The notes below the pieces were generated by a model. The model was not told the DNA's origin. It ran no database searches and was given only the letters and a program-made list of their open reading frames with translations. Below, piece after piece: positions 26,019 through 35,530 of a DNA stretch of 36,007 nucleotides (positions are counted from its first letter, which is position 1; the number at the start of each line of letters is the position of its first letter). Position numbers and translations under genes: made by a program. Source of the DNA: a bacterium (lineage in GTDB: Bacteria > SAR324 > NAC60-12); NCBI GenBank assembly GCA_965233585.1, contig CBDDTI010000109.1:1-36007 (forward strand), given 5' to 3'.

Positions 26019-27702
26019 TTAAAGCAGACTGATAGTTTTTGAGAGTATGAAAGAACTGCTGAGCAGCTTGGAATCTGTTCTGTTTTTTGTTCAAGAAGTA
26101 TTGGTCAAAGATGACATCCAGTTGATTGACTTGCTCTAGGGAGACACCTGCGTTCTGGGCAAGTCGTTTCTGATAAAAGGCTTTGCGTTCAGCAAGAAAC
26201 TTGTCTTTGGTGTGCTGTTCTTTGAGGAGTTCAAAGGCATGACGATCCAGCTTTTCTTGCTGCATCTGTCCTTGAAGGACAAAGTCAATGGTTTGTTTGA
26301 TTCGTTTTCTTTTGTTGGGGTCGTTTGACTTTTGAAACCATTTGAGTTGGTCTTGCATGTAAATTCTGCCAGAGTCTCCGTAGGGATTGGGTTGTTTGAT
26401 TTGTTGAGCAACGGCTTTATTTTCATCTTGCCTCTGTCCAAAATCAGTGATGGCTTGGAACACTGCCACGGTTTGATGGACAGGCAAGCCTTTTTGTGAA
26501 AGCAACATCAAACTCTCTTTGAAAGCCCTAGCACGTTGCAACTTCTCAAGCGAAGGGACATGTTCAGAACGTGCTTGTTTCAACGCCTTTGCCTCCATTG
26601 CAAAGGCATAATCTACGGTCATCTTGACATGTTCAGGTTTGAGACTAGGACACGCTTCTTGGAGTGCTTGTTTGGTTTCAAACTTTTCTAGCTGTCTGGA
26701 GTAAGCAGCCAGAGAGTCTTGAAAAGACTGATGAGCTGCTGCATCTCCTTTGAGCGACTTCCTAAAATCTTTCAAAATCGCAGTTGCCCGCTGTCCTGCT
26801 TGTCCCTCATCGTGTTGTTCAATGAAGGATTTTTTAATCAGTTTTTCTCCCACTGCTCCAAAATCCCGCTTGGCTACTGATTTCAAATAGTTCTGGTCAG
26901 ACTTTTCTTGCTGGTAGTCTTGGTATTCAGGACTATTGGATTTGGTGGCACAATAACTCAAACCTGCTTGTCTAACAGACTTGGCAAACTCATACCGCAA
27001 CGCAAAGAGTTCTGCTTTGCCCAGTCTCAACTTGACTTTGGTTTGGTTGTTTCTGGCTCTGATGATGAGATGCGCATGAGCATTCTGGGTGTCTTGATGG
27101 ACAGCAAAGGCGGTGTCAAAGCCCTCATCAGCATAAGCGTTTTGAATCTTCCTAATGGCTTGTTCAATGATGAGACAATTCTTTGAATTGGGAAGTTCAT
27201 TAAGAGAAAAGATGAGATGAGCAGCCGTGCGTCCTTCTTCTCCTTTGTTCTTCAAATCCCAAGACGCACCAAGCTGCCTAAACTCTTCCTTTGAAAGTCG
27301 CTGCCCATGTTCTCCCACCAAACAGAAGGCTTTTTGTTCCTTGCTGTAATAGTCAAATTCAGTTTGTTCTTTGGAATCCTCTTTAGACAAATAGCCAAAG
27401 ACTTTCTGACTTTCTGATGTCTTTCCTTGCGAATCAGGTTTTTGATATTTGTGATGCCAGATGGCTTTGACTAACACTTGTTTAGCTGAAGTCTCTGAAA
27501 AAGAGTCATCAAACAAACCTTGCTCAAAAGACCCTGTGTGCCTTCTTTTCTTTTGGGCAGAAGAGACAACAGGCATCGTATAAGAATAGTCTTGTTTCCC
27601 TCTTCTTCCCTTTCTCCATCGTTTGATTTCCTCATCTATGCCAAAAGGATTTTGACGAAACAAAGCCCCCCGACCATAGACAACTAACTGACCTGCTTTC
27701 AT
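25942..27702 (-). CDS. MOB_P/VirD2-like relaxase
   Basis: QVLVK...GYLSK (motif I Tyr), AHLIFS, AVHQDTQNAHAHLII (HUH). Confidence 0.9.
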   Translation of the reverse strand: MKAGQLVVYGRGALFRQNPFGIDEEIKRWRKGRRGKQDYSYTMPVVSSAQKKRRHTGSFEQGLFDDSFSETSAKQVLVKAIWHHKYQKPDSQGKTSESQKVFGYLSKEDSKEQTEFDYYSKEQKAFCLVGEHGQRLSKEEFRQLGASWDLKNKGEEGRTAAHLIFSLNELPNSKNCLIIEQAIRKIQNAYADEGFDTAFAVHQDTQNAHAHLIIRARNNQTKVKLRLGKAELFALRYEFAKSVRQAGLSYCATKSNSPEYQDYQQEKSDQNYLKSVAKRDFGAVGEKLIKKSFIEQHDEGQAGQRATAILKDFRKSLKGDAAAHQSFQDSLAAYSRQLEKFETKQALQEACPSLKPEHVKMTVDYAFAMEAKALKQARSEHVPSLEKLQRARAFKESLMLLSQKGLPVHQTVAVFQAITDFGQRQDENKAVAQQIKQPNPYGDSGRIYMQDQLKWFQKSNDPNKRKRIKQTIDFVLQGQMQQEKLDRHAFELLKEQHTKDKFLAERKAFYQKRLAQNAGVSLEQVNQLDVIFDQYFLNKKQNRFQAAQQFFHTLKNYQSALNDPTKLKKFNYAINQQKTVQDSKEI

Positions 27703-28088
27703 TGGTTCTGAATGTTTAAGGCTTTTTCAATGGCATCTAATTTCACAATCGCCTCTTTCATCTGGCTTTCTAATTCTTCAATGGCTGACTGAAGTTGCTG
27801 AAAGTTAATCTCCATTGGCTCTATTTTGCGAATATAAATGTTGCGAATGATGGTGTTCAGCAGTGTTCCGATTTTTCTAATCACAATCAAAGTGTCCACA
27901 TAGTCAGCATGACACTGGTCAAAATGAGTCCGATTGATCTCTGCTCTGGAGTCCAAAGCAGTCTGGAGCAAATAGACAATCGTTTCAGAAAAAGTATTAA
28001 ATTTGTTGATCTCTTGAAAGTTTTTGATGTTGGCACACAAGTTTTCAGGCAAAGAGACTGATTTAGAGAGACACTTCATGTTGAGCAA
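27699..28088 (-). CDS. mobC: MobC-like relaxosome accessory protein
   Basis: N-terminal RHH-like pattern, IRKIGTLLNTIIR resembles MobC L.RIGNNLNQIA; overlaps the relaxase start. Confidence 0.7.
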   Translation of the reverse strand: MLNMKCLSKSVSLPENLCANIKNFQEINKFNTFSETIVYLLQTALDSRAEINRTHFDQCHADYVDTLIVIRKIGTLLNTIIRNIYIRKIEPMEINFQQLQSAIEELESQMKEAIVKLDAIEKALNIQNQ

Positions 28089-28190
28089 ATTAGAGAATTA
28101 CGGTGTTTTTATATAATTGATAATAATTCTTATCATTTATCTAAAAAGAATTTTAAGCAAAAAACAAAATTTCAATTTTTATTATTTTTT

Positions 28191-29162
28191 ATGACACTTA
28201 AACAACTGGTAACCTTTTTTTGTTTGGTAAATGTCTTTTTTCAAGGAGTTTTAGCTCAACAAATTGGAACAGATGCTAATGCTCCCATGATTCAAAATGA
28301 AGACACAGAACAAAACACTCCTAAAATAGGAGGATTACATCTTTATGTAGATGACATCAAAAGGATTCAAGAAGCATTTAATCAATCAAAACCTGATAGC
28401 AATATCATTATATATAGATATGATCCCCAGCATACCTACAAAGTCCGATTACGTTCCTTTATGACAGCAGTGATTCAACTGCCAAAGTGGGAGCAAATCT
28501 ATGCCTTCACTTTGGGAGATACTCATCTGTTTCAGTTTGAAGTGCTGGATAAGAAGAACGTAGGAGTGATTAAAAATAAATTCGCAGGAGCAGATTCTAA
28601 TCTGACTATCATTGGAACATCAGGCAACATCTATAACTTTTATATCCGAGTGGACAATGTCAAAAGTCCTTTCTTACCTCTCAATGTGGTCTATATCCAT
28701 GCCAAACAGCCTGAATCTCTTCAAGACAAGACACTCACCAAAAACCAAAAACCCATCAAACCTACTCAAGAATCAAAGAAATCTCCCAAAACTCCCAAGA
28801 ATGTCAACGATTACTTGAGAGACATTGACAATGCGACAAGAAGACAACTAGAAAGCAGACAAGACCTTGATTGGAGATATGTCATCTATCTCAATGAAAA
28901 CATGATCCCCCCAACCAAAGTCTTTGATGATGGATTCTGGACTTATTTTAAAATCAGCAAAGAGGACAACTTAGACAAGGTGGAGGAACTCCCTGCTTTG
29001 TTCATGGTGGATTCAGAAGGAAAAGAAGTCCCTGCTAACCTGAGAGTGGTCAAGGGATACCTCATTGCTGAACAGATCGGAAGGGCTTGGGTCTTGAGAC
29101 AAGGAGAGAAATACATCTGTATCCAAAAAGACACACACAACAAAGAACGAGATTTGTCTTAA
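28191..29162 (+). CDS. virB9: VirB9/TrbG
   Basis: Signal peptide, LGDT..F, SNLTII...YNF, PTKVFDDGFWTYF, LRQG..YICI. Confidence 0.92.
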   Translation: MTLKQLVTFFCLVNVFFQGVLAQQIGTDANAPMIQNEDTEQNTPKIGGLHLYVDDIKRIQEAFNQSKPDSNIIIYRYDPQHTYKVRLRSFMTAVIQLPKWEQIYAFTLGDTHLFQFEVLDKKNVGVIKNKFAGADSNLTIIGTSGNIYNFYIRVDNVKSPFLPLNVVYIHAKQPESLQDKTLTKNQKPIKPTQESKKSPKTPKNVNDYLRDIDNATRRQLESRQDLDWRYVIYLNENMIPPTKVFDDGFWTYFKISKEDNLDKVEELPALFMVDSEGKEVPANLRVVKGYLIAEQIGRAWVLRQGEKYICIQKDTHNKERDLS

Positions 29163-29254
29163 TAAAACTTGCTTAACATCACGCCTAACATGACAAGATT
29201 CATTGCTAAAATCACTCCTCGTTCCAAAAACAGCATTCTAACAAAAAGGAAGGT

Positions 29255-30442
29255 ATGAATCAAATCTTGATGTATGCAGGGGGAGCAGTGGCAATGATTG
29301 GAGGTTTCTTAGGTTGGGTGTATTTAGATGAAGAACAAACAGAGAGGAGTTTTCAGTTTGAGAGTTCGTATTCTGAAGAGATGTTGCCTGATGAGGTGGT
29401 CGTTCAAAACTCTCCTAAAAAAAAGGAAAAAAAGAGACCAGTCTCAGCCAAGCCTCAAAAGAAGAAAAAACAGATTACTCCAAAGAAAAAGGTGATTCCA
29501 AAGAAACCTGCCAAGCCTGTTGCGAAGAAACCAGAACCAGAACCGCAACCAGCACAAATACCTGAAAAGCCTGTCCAGCAACCAGAGACTCCAATCATTG
29601 AAGAAGAAGAAGTCTTTGTCAAAAGCAAGGAGGAATTAGAAGCAGAAGCGATTGCAAAGGTTTTAAAGTCATCACAGAAGCAAGCTTTTGATGAGACGGT
29701 GGTGTTGACGTCTTTGAGTGCTAGTAGTGAATCTTCTCAAAGTGCTACAAAGGAGACAGACAAGAACAAGGCAGAAGATTGGAATGTGGACAAAGATGAA
29801 AACACTTACCCCTTTGATTTGACGAGAGTCATCACGAAGGAGAAGTTTATCCCTGCCATCACGAGGAATCGGATTGTGTCTAAGCTAGCAGGCAAAGCGT
29901 TGTTGTTGATTACGAGGAATGTGTATGGGTCTCATGGGAATTTGGTTTTGATTCCAGCAGGCTCACAAGCCAGCGGATATTACAAGCCCCTAGCGAAAGT
30001 GGGAGATGATCGTTTGTCTCTAGTGATTGAGCGAGTGGTCAAACCCAATGGCGATTTGATTCTTTTTAGAAAGACGTCACTGGGAGCAGATGCCTCTGGA
30101 GCCACAGGAGTCCCTGGAGACGTGGACAATCACTACTTTGAGAAGTTTGGGATTCCATTGATGTTTTCTACTCTTAACTCTGCTAGCAATGCTGCTTTAA
30201 GACAGTTCATTGCCAACAATTCATCACAAGCAGGTAGAGAAATCTTTGATGGACAATGGCAACAAGAACAAAGACAAACCAACTCTCAAGTGATTCAAGA
30301 GATTATCAGAAACAACATCAACATTGCTCCTGTCATCACGATAGAAGCAGGAACATCTCTGTTGTTGTTCTTACAGAATGACATCTTTTTTAAACCCAAT
30401 CTGAACAATCAGACTTCTGAAGCTCAAGAAGTTCAACTTTAA
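29255..30442 (+). CDS. virB10: VirB10/TrbI
   Basis: TM, Pro/Lys-rich linker, VLIPAGS, DASGATG.PG.VDNHY, NIAPVITIEAG. Confidence 0.95.
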   Translation: MNQILMYAGGAVAMIGGFLGWVYLDEEQTERSFQFESSYSEEMLPDEVVVQNSPKKKEKKRPVSAKPQKKKKQITPKKKVIPKKPAKPVAKKPEPEPQPAQIPEKPVQQPETPIIEEEEVFVKSKEELEAEAIAKVLKSSQKQAFDETVVLTSLSASSESSQSATKETDKNKAEDWNVDKDENTYPFDLTRVITKEKFIPAITRNRIVSKLAGKALLLITRNVYGSHGNLVLIPAGSQASGYYKPLAKVGDDRLSLVIERVVKPNGDLILFRKTSLGADASGATGVPGDVDNHYFEKFGIPLMFSTLNSASNAALRQFIANNSSQAGREIFDGQWQQEQRQTNSQVIQEIIRNNINIAPVITIEAGTSLLLFLQNDIFFKPNLNNQTSEAQEVQL

Positions 30443-30450
30443 CATTCTAT

Positions 30451-33400
30451 ATGGAGAACACCATGAAAAAACTCACGTCCTGCCTCGTACTCATCTTTTA
30501 TGGATTCACGATGGTCGCAGAAACCTTACAAATCACACTGACCCAAGAGACTTTTTTGAAAGACAAGGAGCAAGCACTAGGAGATGTGTTGTTCCAGCAG
30601 AAGACGTTGTCGTTTAGTGGAACACTTGCTGTGGAGCAGTTGAACGGGACACAGCGGATTAAAATCAACTGGACAAAAGTCAATGGCAAGTCCGCTCCCA
30701 GTGAATTTTTGTCTCAATTTAAGACTCAAAGCCAAGAATTACCCAGAGGGTTCAAGTTCAATATCACAGGAGACTTTGAATCGCTCAATGATCCCAGTCT
30801 AGCAGTGGCAGTCGTAGATGAAGTGGAAGATTCAGGTGTTTCAGATTCATCTGTTCCCTCTGCTTCAAATTCTGCTCCAAAAGAAAGTCAGGGATTAACA
30901 GACTCTGCTGACAATCCTGATGCTGCAACTGCAACCTCTCCTGTTTCCATTCCAAATCAACAGGACATGACTCAAAATCAAGGCACTCAAAGCACTCCAG
31001 AAAGGTCTTTCCAAAAAGAAAAACAAGAAGAAAAGAATGATGATGATGAAAAAGATACTCCTGAACAACAAGAAGAAAAAAGAAATGATGCAACAGCAAT
31101 AGACACGTTGACAGAGACAACTCATGAAACTTGTGATGCTCAAATCACTGATGTTGCTTACATCACAAGGAAGCAAAAAGTGTTGTCCTATTCTTCAGGC
31201 AAGAAGGTCAGACAAGAGTGCCAGAATGACAGAACCTTTGCTTTGCTGGAAACTTTTCAAGGGTGCAGTCCCAGACATGACTTTCAGAACAAACGAACCA
31301 TCATGCAGAAGAAAAAATACTATGTCTCTGATGCAGGCTCACGAGTGGACATTGTCAACTGTACAGACTCCAAAATCATCTATCCTCATTTACAAGCTGT
31401 GTTTGACTGCACTCCTGTCTTTGATGCAGGTCAGCAGAGAGCCTACACCACCAAAAAAACCTACTATGTGGACGGCACTGGTTCTATTCAGACCATTACA
31501 GACTGTCGCATGGCTTCTGATGACTTTCAGACCTTCACTCAAAATGATTATCTCATAGAGTATTCTGATAAAGACCGAATAGACCATGCTAACAAAGTGG
31601 TCTATCGCAGAATGAGGCATTACATCAAAGTCGGAGACCAGAAGAAAGTGATTGGTTCGTGGCAAGATGACACTGCTAAACCGATGCCGATTGTCAGGGA
31701 ATATGACAAATGTAGTTACTTTCACAACAAACAAGCCCAGAAGTCATACAGGCAATATGCAGATGTCTATTACAAGAACGGACAAAGGCAAGTGGTCATT
31801 GCTTGTCAAAAAGACCCAAACAACTACTTTGCTCACATCTCTGATTCCAAATACTGTGACCCAATGGTCAACAATCGCAAAATGGTGTTGCGGAAGTCTG
31901 TCTATTTCTTTGACCAAAACGGACAGAGAAAGAACGTAGAAGATTGCAAAGTCTCTTCTGTGGAACACGATTTGACTCCTGCAGACATTCAAAAAGACTT
32001 CTCAGTTTGTAAGGCTCATTTGGATTTTGCTGCCAAACGTGCCTATCCCAAATATAGAGAATTTGTCCAAATCAAAGAAAGCAAGACCTACATCTCTAAC
32101 TGCCAAAAAGACAGCAACTTCTTTGACATGGTAGAGACTGATCAAGGATGTTCTCCTCGTTTTGATTTCAATCAAATGCAAGCCATCATCAAAAAAAGAC
32201 TCAAATACAATGATAGCCAGAAGGATGTCTTTGTCTCTGCTTGCTTGGAGACTTTTAGGCGGTATGTTCTCAAAAATGATGCTGCCATGTGCCGTGATCG
32301 GCTTTCTGAAGACAAGATGAGCATCATCAAGTTTCAAGCTGTGGTTTACACCGATGACAAAGGAGTTAAAAAAATTGCTCAAACTTGTCAATCTACTCAT
32401 CACTCCACTCCCATTGATCCCAAGAAATTGGTCAAAAAATACACCTGTGCAGACCTCTATGATGTCCCCAACATGAAGGTTTACAGACAATACAAAAACT
32501 ATTTAAATCTAGGAGGAAAAGAAGAAGAAATTAGCAGTTGTCTGGTAGATAAGAGCCAGTTTTATCCCATTGAGAGAGATTTTGCTGATTGTAAGAATGA
32601 TTACAACACCTTCACGATGAAAGCCATCTTAAAAAACAAACTGTTTTACAACACAGGCATTGAGAAAAGATACATCAGTGCTTGCTTGACCTCCAATATA
32701 CAATATGACCTCCAAAAGACCACTGGAACTTGTCCACCCAAGTTGTCCCTCAATAATTCTATGTTGGTCGCTCAACAAGAAATCTATTACATTGACCCCA
32801 ATACCAAGAAACGAGTGGTTGTTTTGCACTGTCACGAAACTGATCAACTCACAGCGATTCCAGATTCTATGATCATAAAAAAATATGCAGAATGTCCTGT
32901 CTTTTGGAATCCAAAAACTTTGAAAGTGGTCAAACAATACAGGAAGTATGTCAAGTTAGATGGACAGACTGAAACCAAGATTTCTGATTGTGTCTTTGAC
33001 CCTGCCAAAACCTACAACTCTCAATGGGATTACTCCAAATGCTCTGTGAGAGTGGACACAGTAGCAGGAAAAGTCAGAGAACTTGCCAAAGCCTATTATA
33101 ATGACGGGGCGCAGGATCATTATGTCTCTGATTGTGTAGAGACTGGAACGTTGTATGCGATCAAAGACAATCACAACATTTGCCAACCCATCAAACTGGC
33201 TAATCCGACCAAAGTCATCTTGCAGAAAAGACTTTATTACAATGACCGTTTAGGAATTGTCACGTGGCTTGGACAATGTGAGCCTTCTTTGACAGTAGAT
33301 TCAGGAAAAGAAAAGTTATGTGCATCGTCTCCTATCAACTACAATGACAATGTCAACCAAGCGTTTTTAAACACGAAATGGATCTATCAGCACGGTGCCA

Positions 33401-34293
33401 GTGAGATTGAGTTGGTGTCTTGCAACGTGAAAGCACAACGTCCGTCTTCTACTTATACTCAAAGACTCTGTGGTTGGCAGCATGCCAGAGCGTCTTCTTA
33501 TGGAGAACGAGGTTATTCCAAACCTAAGATTGAGTCGTATATTCAATTTCCTCAAACCTCTCTCAATGTTTTACTAGATGCCAATGTAGTTGGAACGAAG
33601 AAATACATAGTTCCCACCAAAAAATGTGATGTTTCTAACATTGAAGTCAATCACTCCACTAGACATGTCTTTGCCAAATATTGGCATCAAAACTTCTTTA
33701 GGATTATTAACCAAACTCATACCAGACAAGTCACCTCCTCTATTCCTATCACTCAAAGGTATCTTTATGCAAAAGTAAATTGTAGTAGGTATGCTCATTC
33801 AGATTCACAAACAGACTACCCCTACAGGATGCGTTATTACTATCCTGAGAGTCAGACTCATTCTTCTCCGAGGCGCGTGGCAAGTTGTGGTGCTTATAGC
33901 GATATTTATAAAACAAAGACTGTTGGATACACCTATCATTTCTCTCAAACCAATGAGTATGAAATTCAGTGTGGTTCACGCTTTAGAAAAGCGATCATTT
34001 ACTCCTACCCGACTAATTACAACATTGCCCAACAAAGTTCTAGCTCCTTTGGCAATGATTACGATCACATCAAATTAGATGCCTATGCTAAAACCAAGTG
34101 GGGAACGTCTTTTAAGGTATACAAAAGTGCGGGAAGTAGTTCTTTTGACTCCAGAAATGCACATTTAAATTCTGCTCCCAGTCCCTCCAATCCGTCTCTC
34201 AGTAACCTTTGCAATACCTCCAAGATAGAAGGAGATCAAGATTCTTACGGAAACTGGAGGGTGGATAATGGTCTTGATGGAAAAAGGAACTGA
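30451..34293 (+). CDS. Large secreted Cys-rich repeat protein (putative adhesin) inside the virB9-virB11 operon
   Basis: Signal peptide, S/Q/E-rich linker, about 15 repeats of roughly 50 aa with C-x(~30)-C, unique C-terminus. Confidence 0.8.
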   Translation: MENTMKKLTSCLVLIFYGFTMVAETLQITLTQETFLKDKEQALGDVLFQQKTLSFSGTLAVEQLNGTQRIKINWTKVNGKSAPSEFLSQFKTQSQELPRGFKFNITGDFESLNDPSLAVAVVDEVEDSGVSDSSVPSASNSAPKESQGLTDSADNPDAATATSPVSIPNQQDMTQNQGTQSTPERSFQKEKQEEKNDDDEKDTPEQQEEKRNDATAIDTLTETTHETCDAQITDVAYITRKQKVLSYSSGKKVRQECQNDRTFALLETFQGCSPRHDFQNKRTIMQKKKYYVSDAGSRVDIVNCTDSKIIYPHLQAVFDCTPVFDAGQQRAYTTKKTYYVDGTGSIQTITDCRMASDDFQTFTQNDYLIEYSDKDRIDHANKVVYRRMRHYIKVGDQKKVIGSWQDDTAKPMPIVREYDKCSYFHNKQAQKSYRQYADVYYKNGQRQVVIACQKDPNNYFAHISDSKYCDPMVNNRKMVLRKSVYFFDQNGQRKNVEDCKVSSVEHDLTPADIQKDFSVCKAHLDFAAKRAYPKYREFVQIKESKTYISNCQKDSNFFDMVETDQGCSPRFDFNQMQAIIKKRLKYNDSQKDVFVSACLETFRRYVLKNDAAMCRDRLSEDKMSIIKFQAVVYTDDKGVKKIAQTCQSTHHSTPIDPKKLVKKYTCADLYDVPNMKVYRQYKNYLNLGGKEEEISSCLVDKSQFYPIERDFADCKNDYNTFTMKAILKNKLFYNTGIEKRYISACLTSNIQYDLQKTTGTCPPKLSLNNSMLVAQQEIYYIDPNTKKRVVVLHCHETDQLTAIPDSMIIKKYAECPVFWNPKTLKVVKQYRKYVKLDGQTETKISDCVFDPAKTYNSQWDYSKCSVRVDTVAGKVRELAKAYYNDGAQDHYVSDCVETGTLYAIKDNHNICQPIKLANPTKVILQKRLYYNDRLGIVTWLGQCEPSLTVDSGKEKLCASSPINYNDNVNQAFLNTKWIYQHGASEIELVSCNVKAQRPSSTYTQRLCGWQHARASSYGERGYSKPKIESYIQFPQTSLNVLLDANVVGTKKYIVPTKKCDVSNIEVNHSTRHVFAKYWHQNFFRIINQTHTRQVTSSIPITQRYLYAKVNCSRYAHSDSQTDYPYRMRYYYPESQTHSSPRRVASCGAYSDIYKTKTVGYTYHFSQTNEYEIQCGSRFRKAIIYSYPTNYNIAQQSSSSFGNDYDHIKLDAYAKTKWGTSFKVYKSAGSSSFDSRNAHLNSAPSPSNPSLSNLCNTSKIEGDQDSYGNWRVDNGLDGKRN

Positions 34294-35207
34294 TGCAACT
34301 TGAAGGATTCATCAAGGAAACTTTAAGACCGATTGAGAAATACTTAACCATGAAAGGAGTCGTAGAGTTGATGATCAACCAAGCAGGTGAGATTCTGCTA
34401 GAAACGGAAAATGGAAAAATCAAATCGTTCAAAGACCCTTCTTTGACTTTGGAGAGGCTTGAGGCAATGCTGTTCAACATTGCCAACTGGGCGGGGCAGG
34501 AGTTTTCTATTCAGAACCCTATCCTTTCTACTTATTTACCCAAATATGGTTTTCGGATTCAAGGCGTGATTGCAAATGCTGTGGAGTCTAGCATTTCTAT
34601 TTCTATTCGGGTAGGAAACACAAGGGTTTTTCCTCTGAAGTTTTATTTTGGGGAGCAGGCTGATGCAGTGAAGCAGTTGATTCTTGAGGCTAAGAACATT
34701 GTCGTTGCTGGTGGAACGTCCACAGGCAAGACAACCTGTGTCAACTCTTTAATTACTGCGATTCCCTTAGAAAAAAGAATCATCTCATTGGAGAACATGA
34801 GAGAACTCAACATTCCTCATCTTAACAAAGTCTGTTTGTTGGCTAGTGAGTCTAAAGATGAACAGATGTATTTTAAGTTGGCAAATTCAATTCTTCGCAT
34901 GAGACCTGACAGGATTCTCATTGGAGAGCTGACCATTGCCTCTACTAAATTTTATTTACGACTGTCTAATACTGGACATTCTGGGACGCTGACCACTCTG
35001 CATGCAGATTCTCCTCTCAAAGCATTAGATGCCATGAGACAGAACCTCATCTTAGATGGAGCATCAGATTCAGGACTCATCAATTATGTTGGCTCAACCG
35101 TGCAGTATGTCATTCAGATGACCAGACAACAAGGCAGGAGAATCACTGCCACTCTCTACAAAACAGGAATCTCCAATGGACAATTTACTGCTCAAGAAGT
35201 TTTTTAG
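34293..35207 (+). CDS. virB11: VirB11 ATPase
   Basis: AGGTSTGKTT, LRMRPDRILIGE, NTGHSGTLTTLHA. Confidence 0.95.
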   Translation: MQLEGFIKETLRPIEKYLTMKGVVELMINQAGEILLETENGKIKSFKDPSLTLERLEAMLFNIANWAGQEFSIQNPILSTYLPKYGFRIQGVIANAVESSISISIRVGNTRVFPLKFYFGEQADAVKQLILEAKNIVVAGGTSTGKTTCVNSLITAIPLEKRIISLENMRELNIPHLNKVCLLASESKDEQMYFKLANSILRMRPDRILIGELTIASTKFYLRLSNTGHSGTLTTLHADSPLKALDAMRQNLILDGASDSGLINYVGSTVQYVIQMTRQQGRRITATLYKTGISNGQFTAQEVF

Positions 35208-35305
35208 TCTTCTTGTGAGTGTGTCAGTAACCCCTTTTTATAAGCGTAAACAAGACAACCTGTTAGCATCAGCGCAATGAGTGTTCCTGTGATAGACAAA
35301 ATCAT
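35204..35305 (-). CDS. Small single-TM protein B, cassette copy 6 (33 aa)
   Basis: MILSITGTLIALMLTGCLVYAYKKGLLTHSQED. Confidence 0.6.
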   Translation of the reverse strand: MILSITGTLIALMLTGCLVYAYKKGLLTHSQED

Positions 35306-35493
35306 CTTTTTGCTCCTTTAAAAAATACAGAAATATAAACAATATTCAAAATAATCAAAAACATGATGCTTAAAAATAACAAATACAGACCATGTTTAAC
35401 CAAATCGTGTGCAGGATTGCTCACAAGCCAAGTCACCAGACTACCAGTACTTGATGCTAAAATTGCAACCCAAAGTAGTAACCATGCTTTCAT
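35302..35493 (-). CDS. Small membrane protein A-like, cassette copy 6 (divergent)
   Basis: 63 aa, MKAWLLL start, two TMs, ATGA overlap with B. Confidence 0.65.
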   Translation of the reverse strand: MKAWLLLWVAILASSTGSLVTWLVSNPAHDLVKHGLYLLFLSIMFLIILNIVYISVFFKGAKR

Positions 35494-35530
35494 AAATGCA
35501 CTATTCTAACCCTTAACACGAGATTTGACA

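Noticed and set aside
28089..28190. oriT upstream of mobC
   Set aside because: The position is plausible, but I could not see a nick-site consensus or a convincing inverted repeat; it is more likely a divergent promoter region.
30498..34078. Many short overlapping ORFs inside the large gene (and likewise inside topB, primase, virD4, virB4)
   Set aside because: Shadow ORFs with no motifs or independent support.
30451..34293. 1280-aa ORF as Cas12a, since the size is similar
   Set aside because: It has a signal peptide and periodic Cys repeats, with no RuvC motifs.
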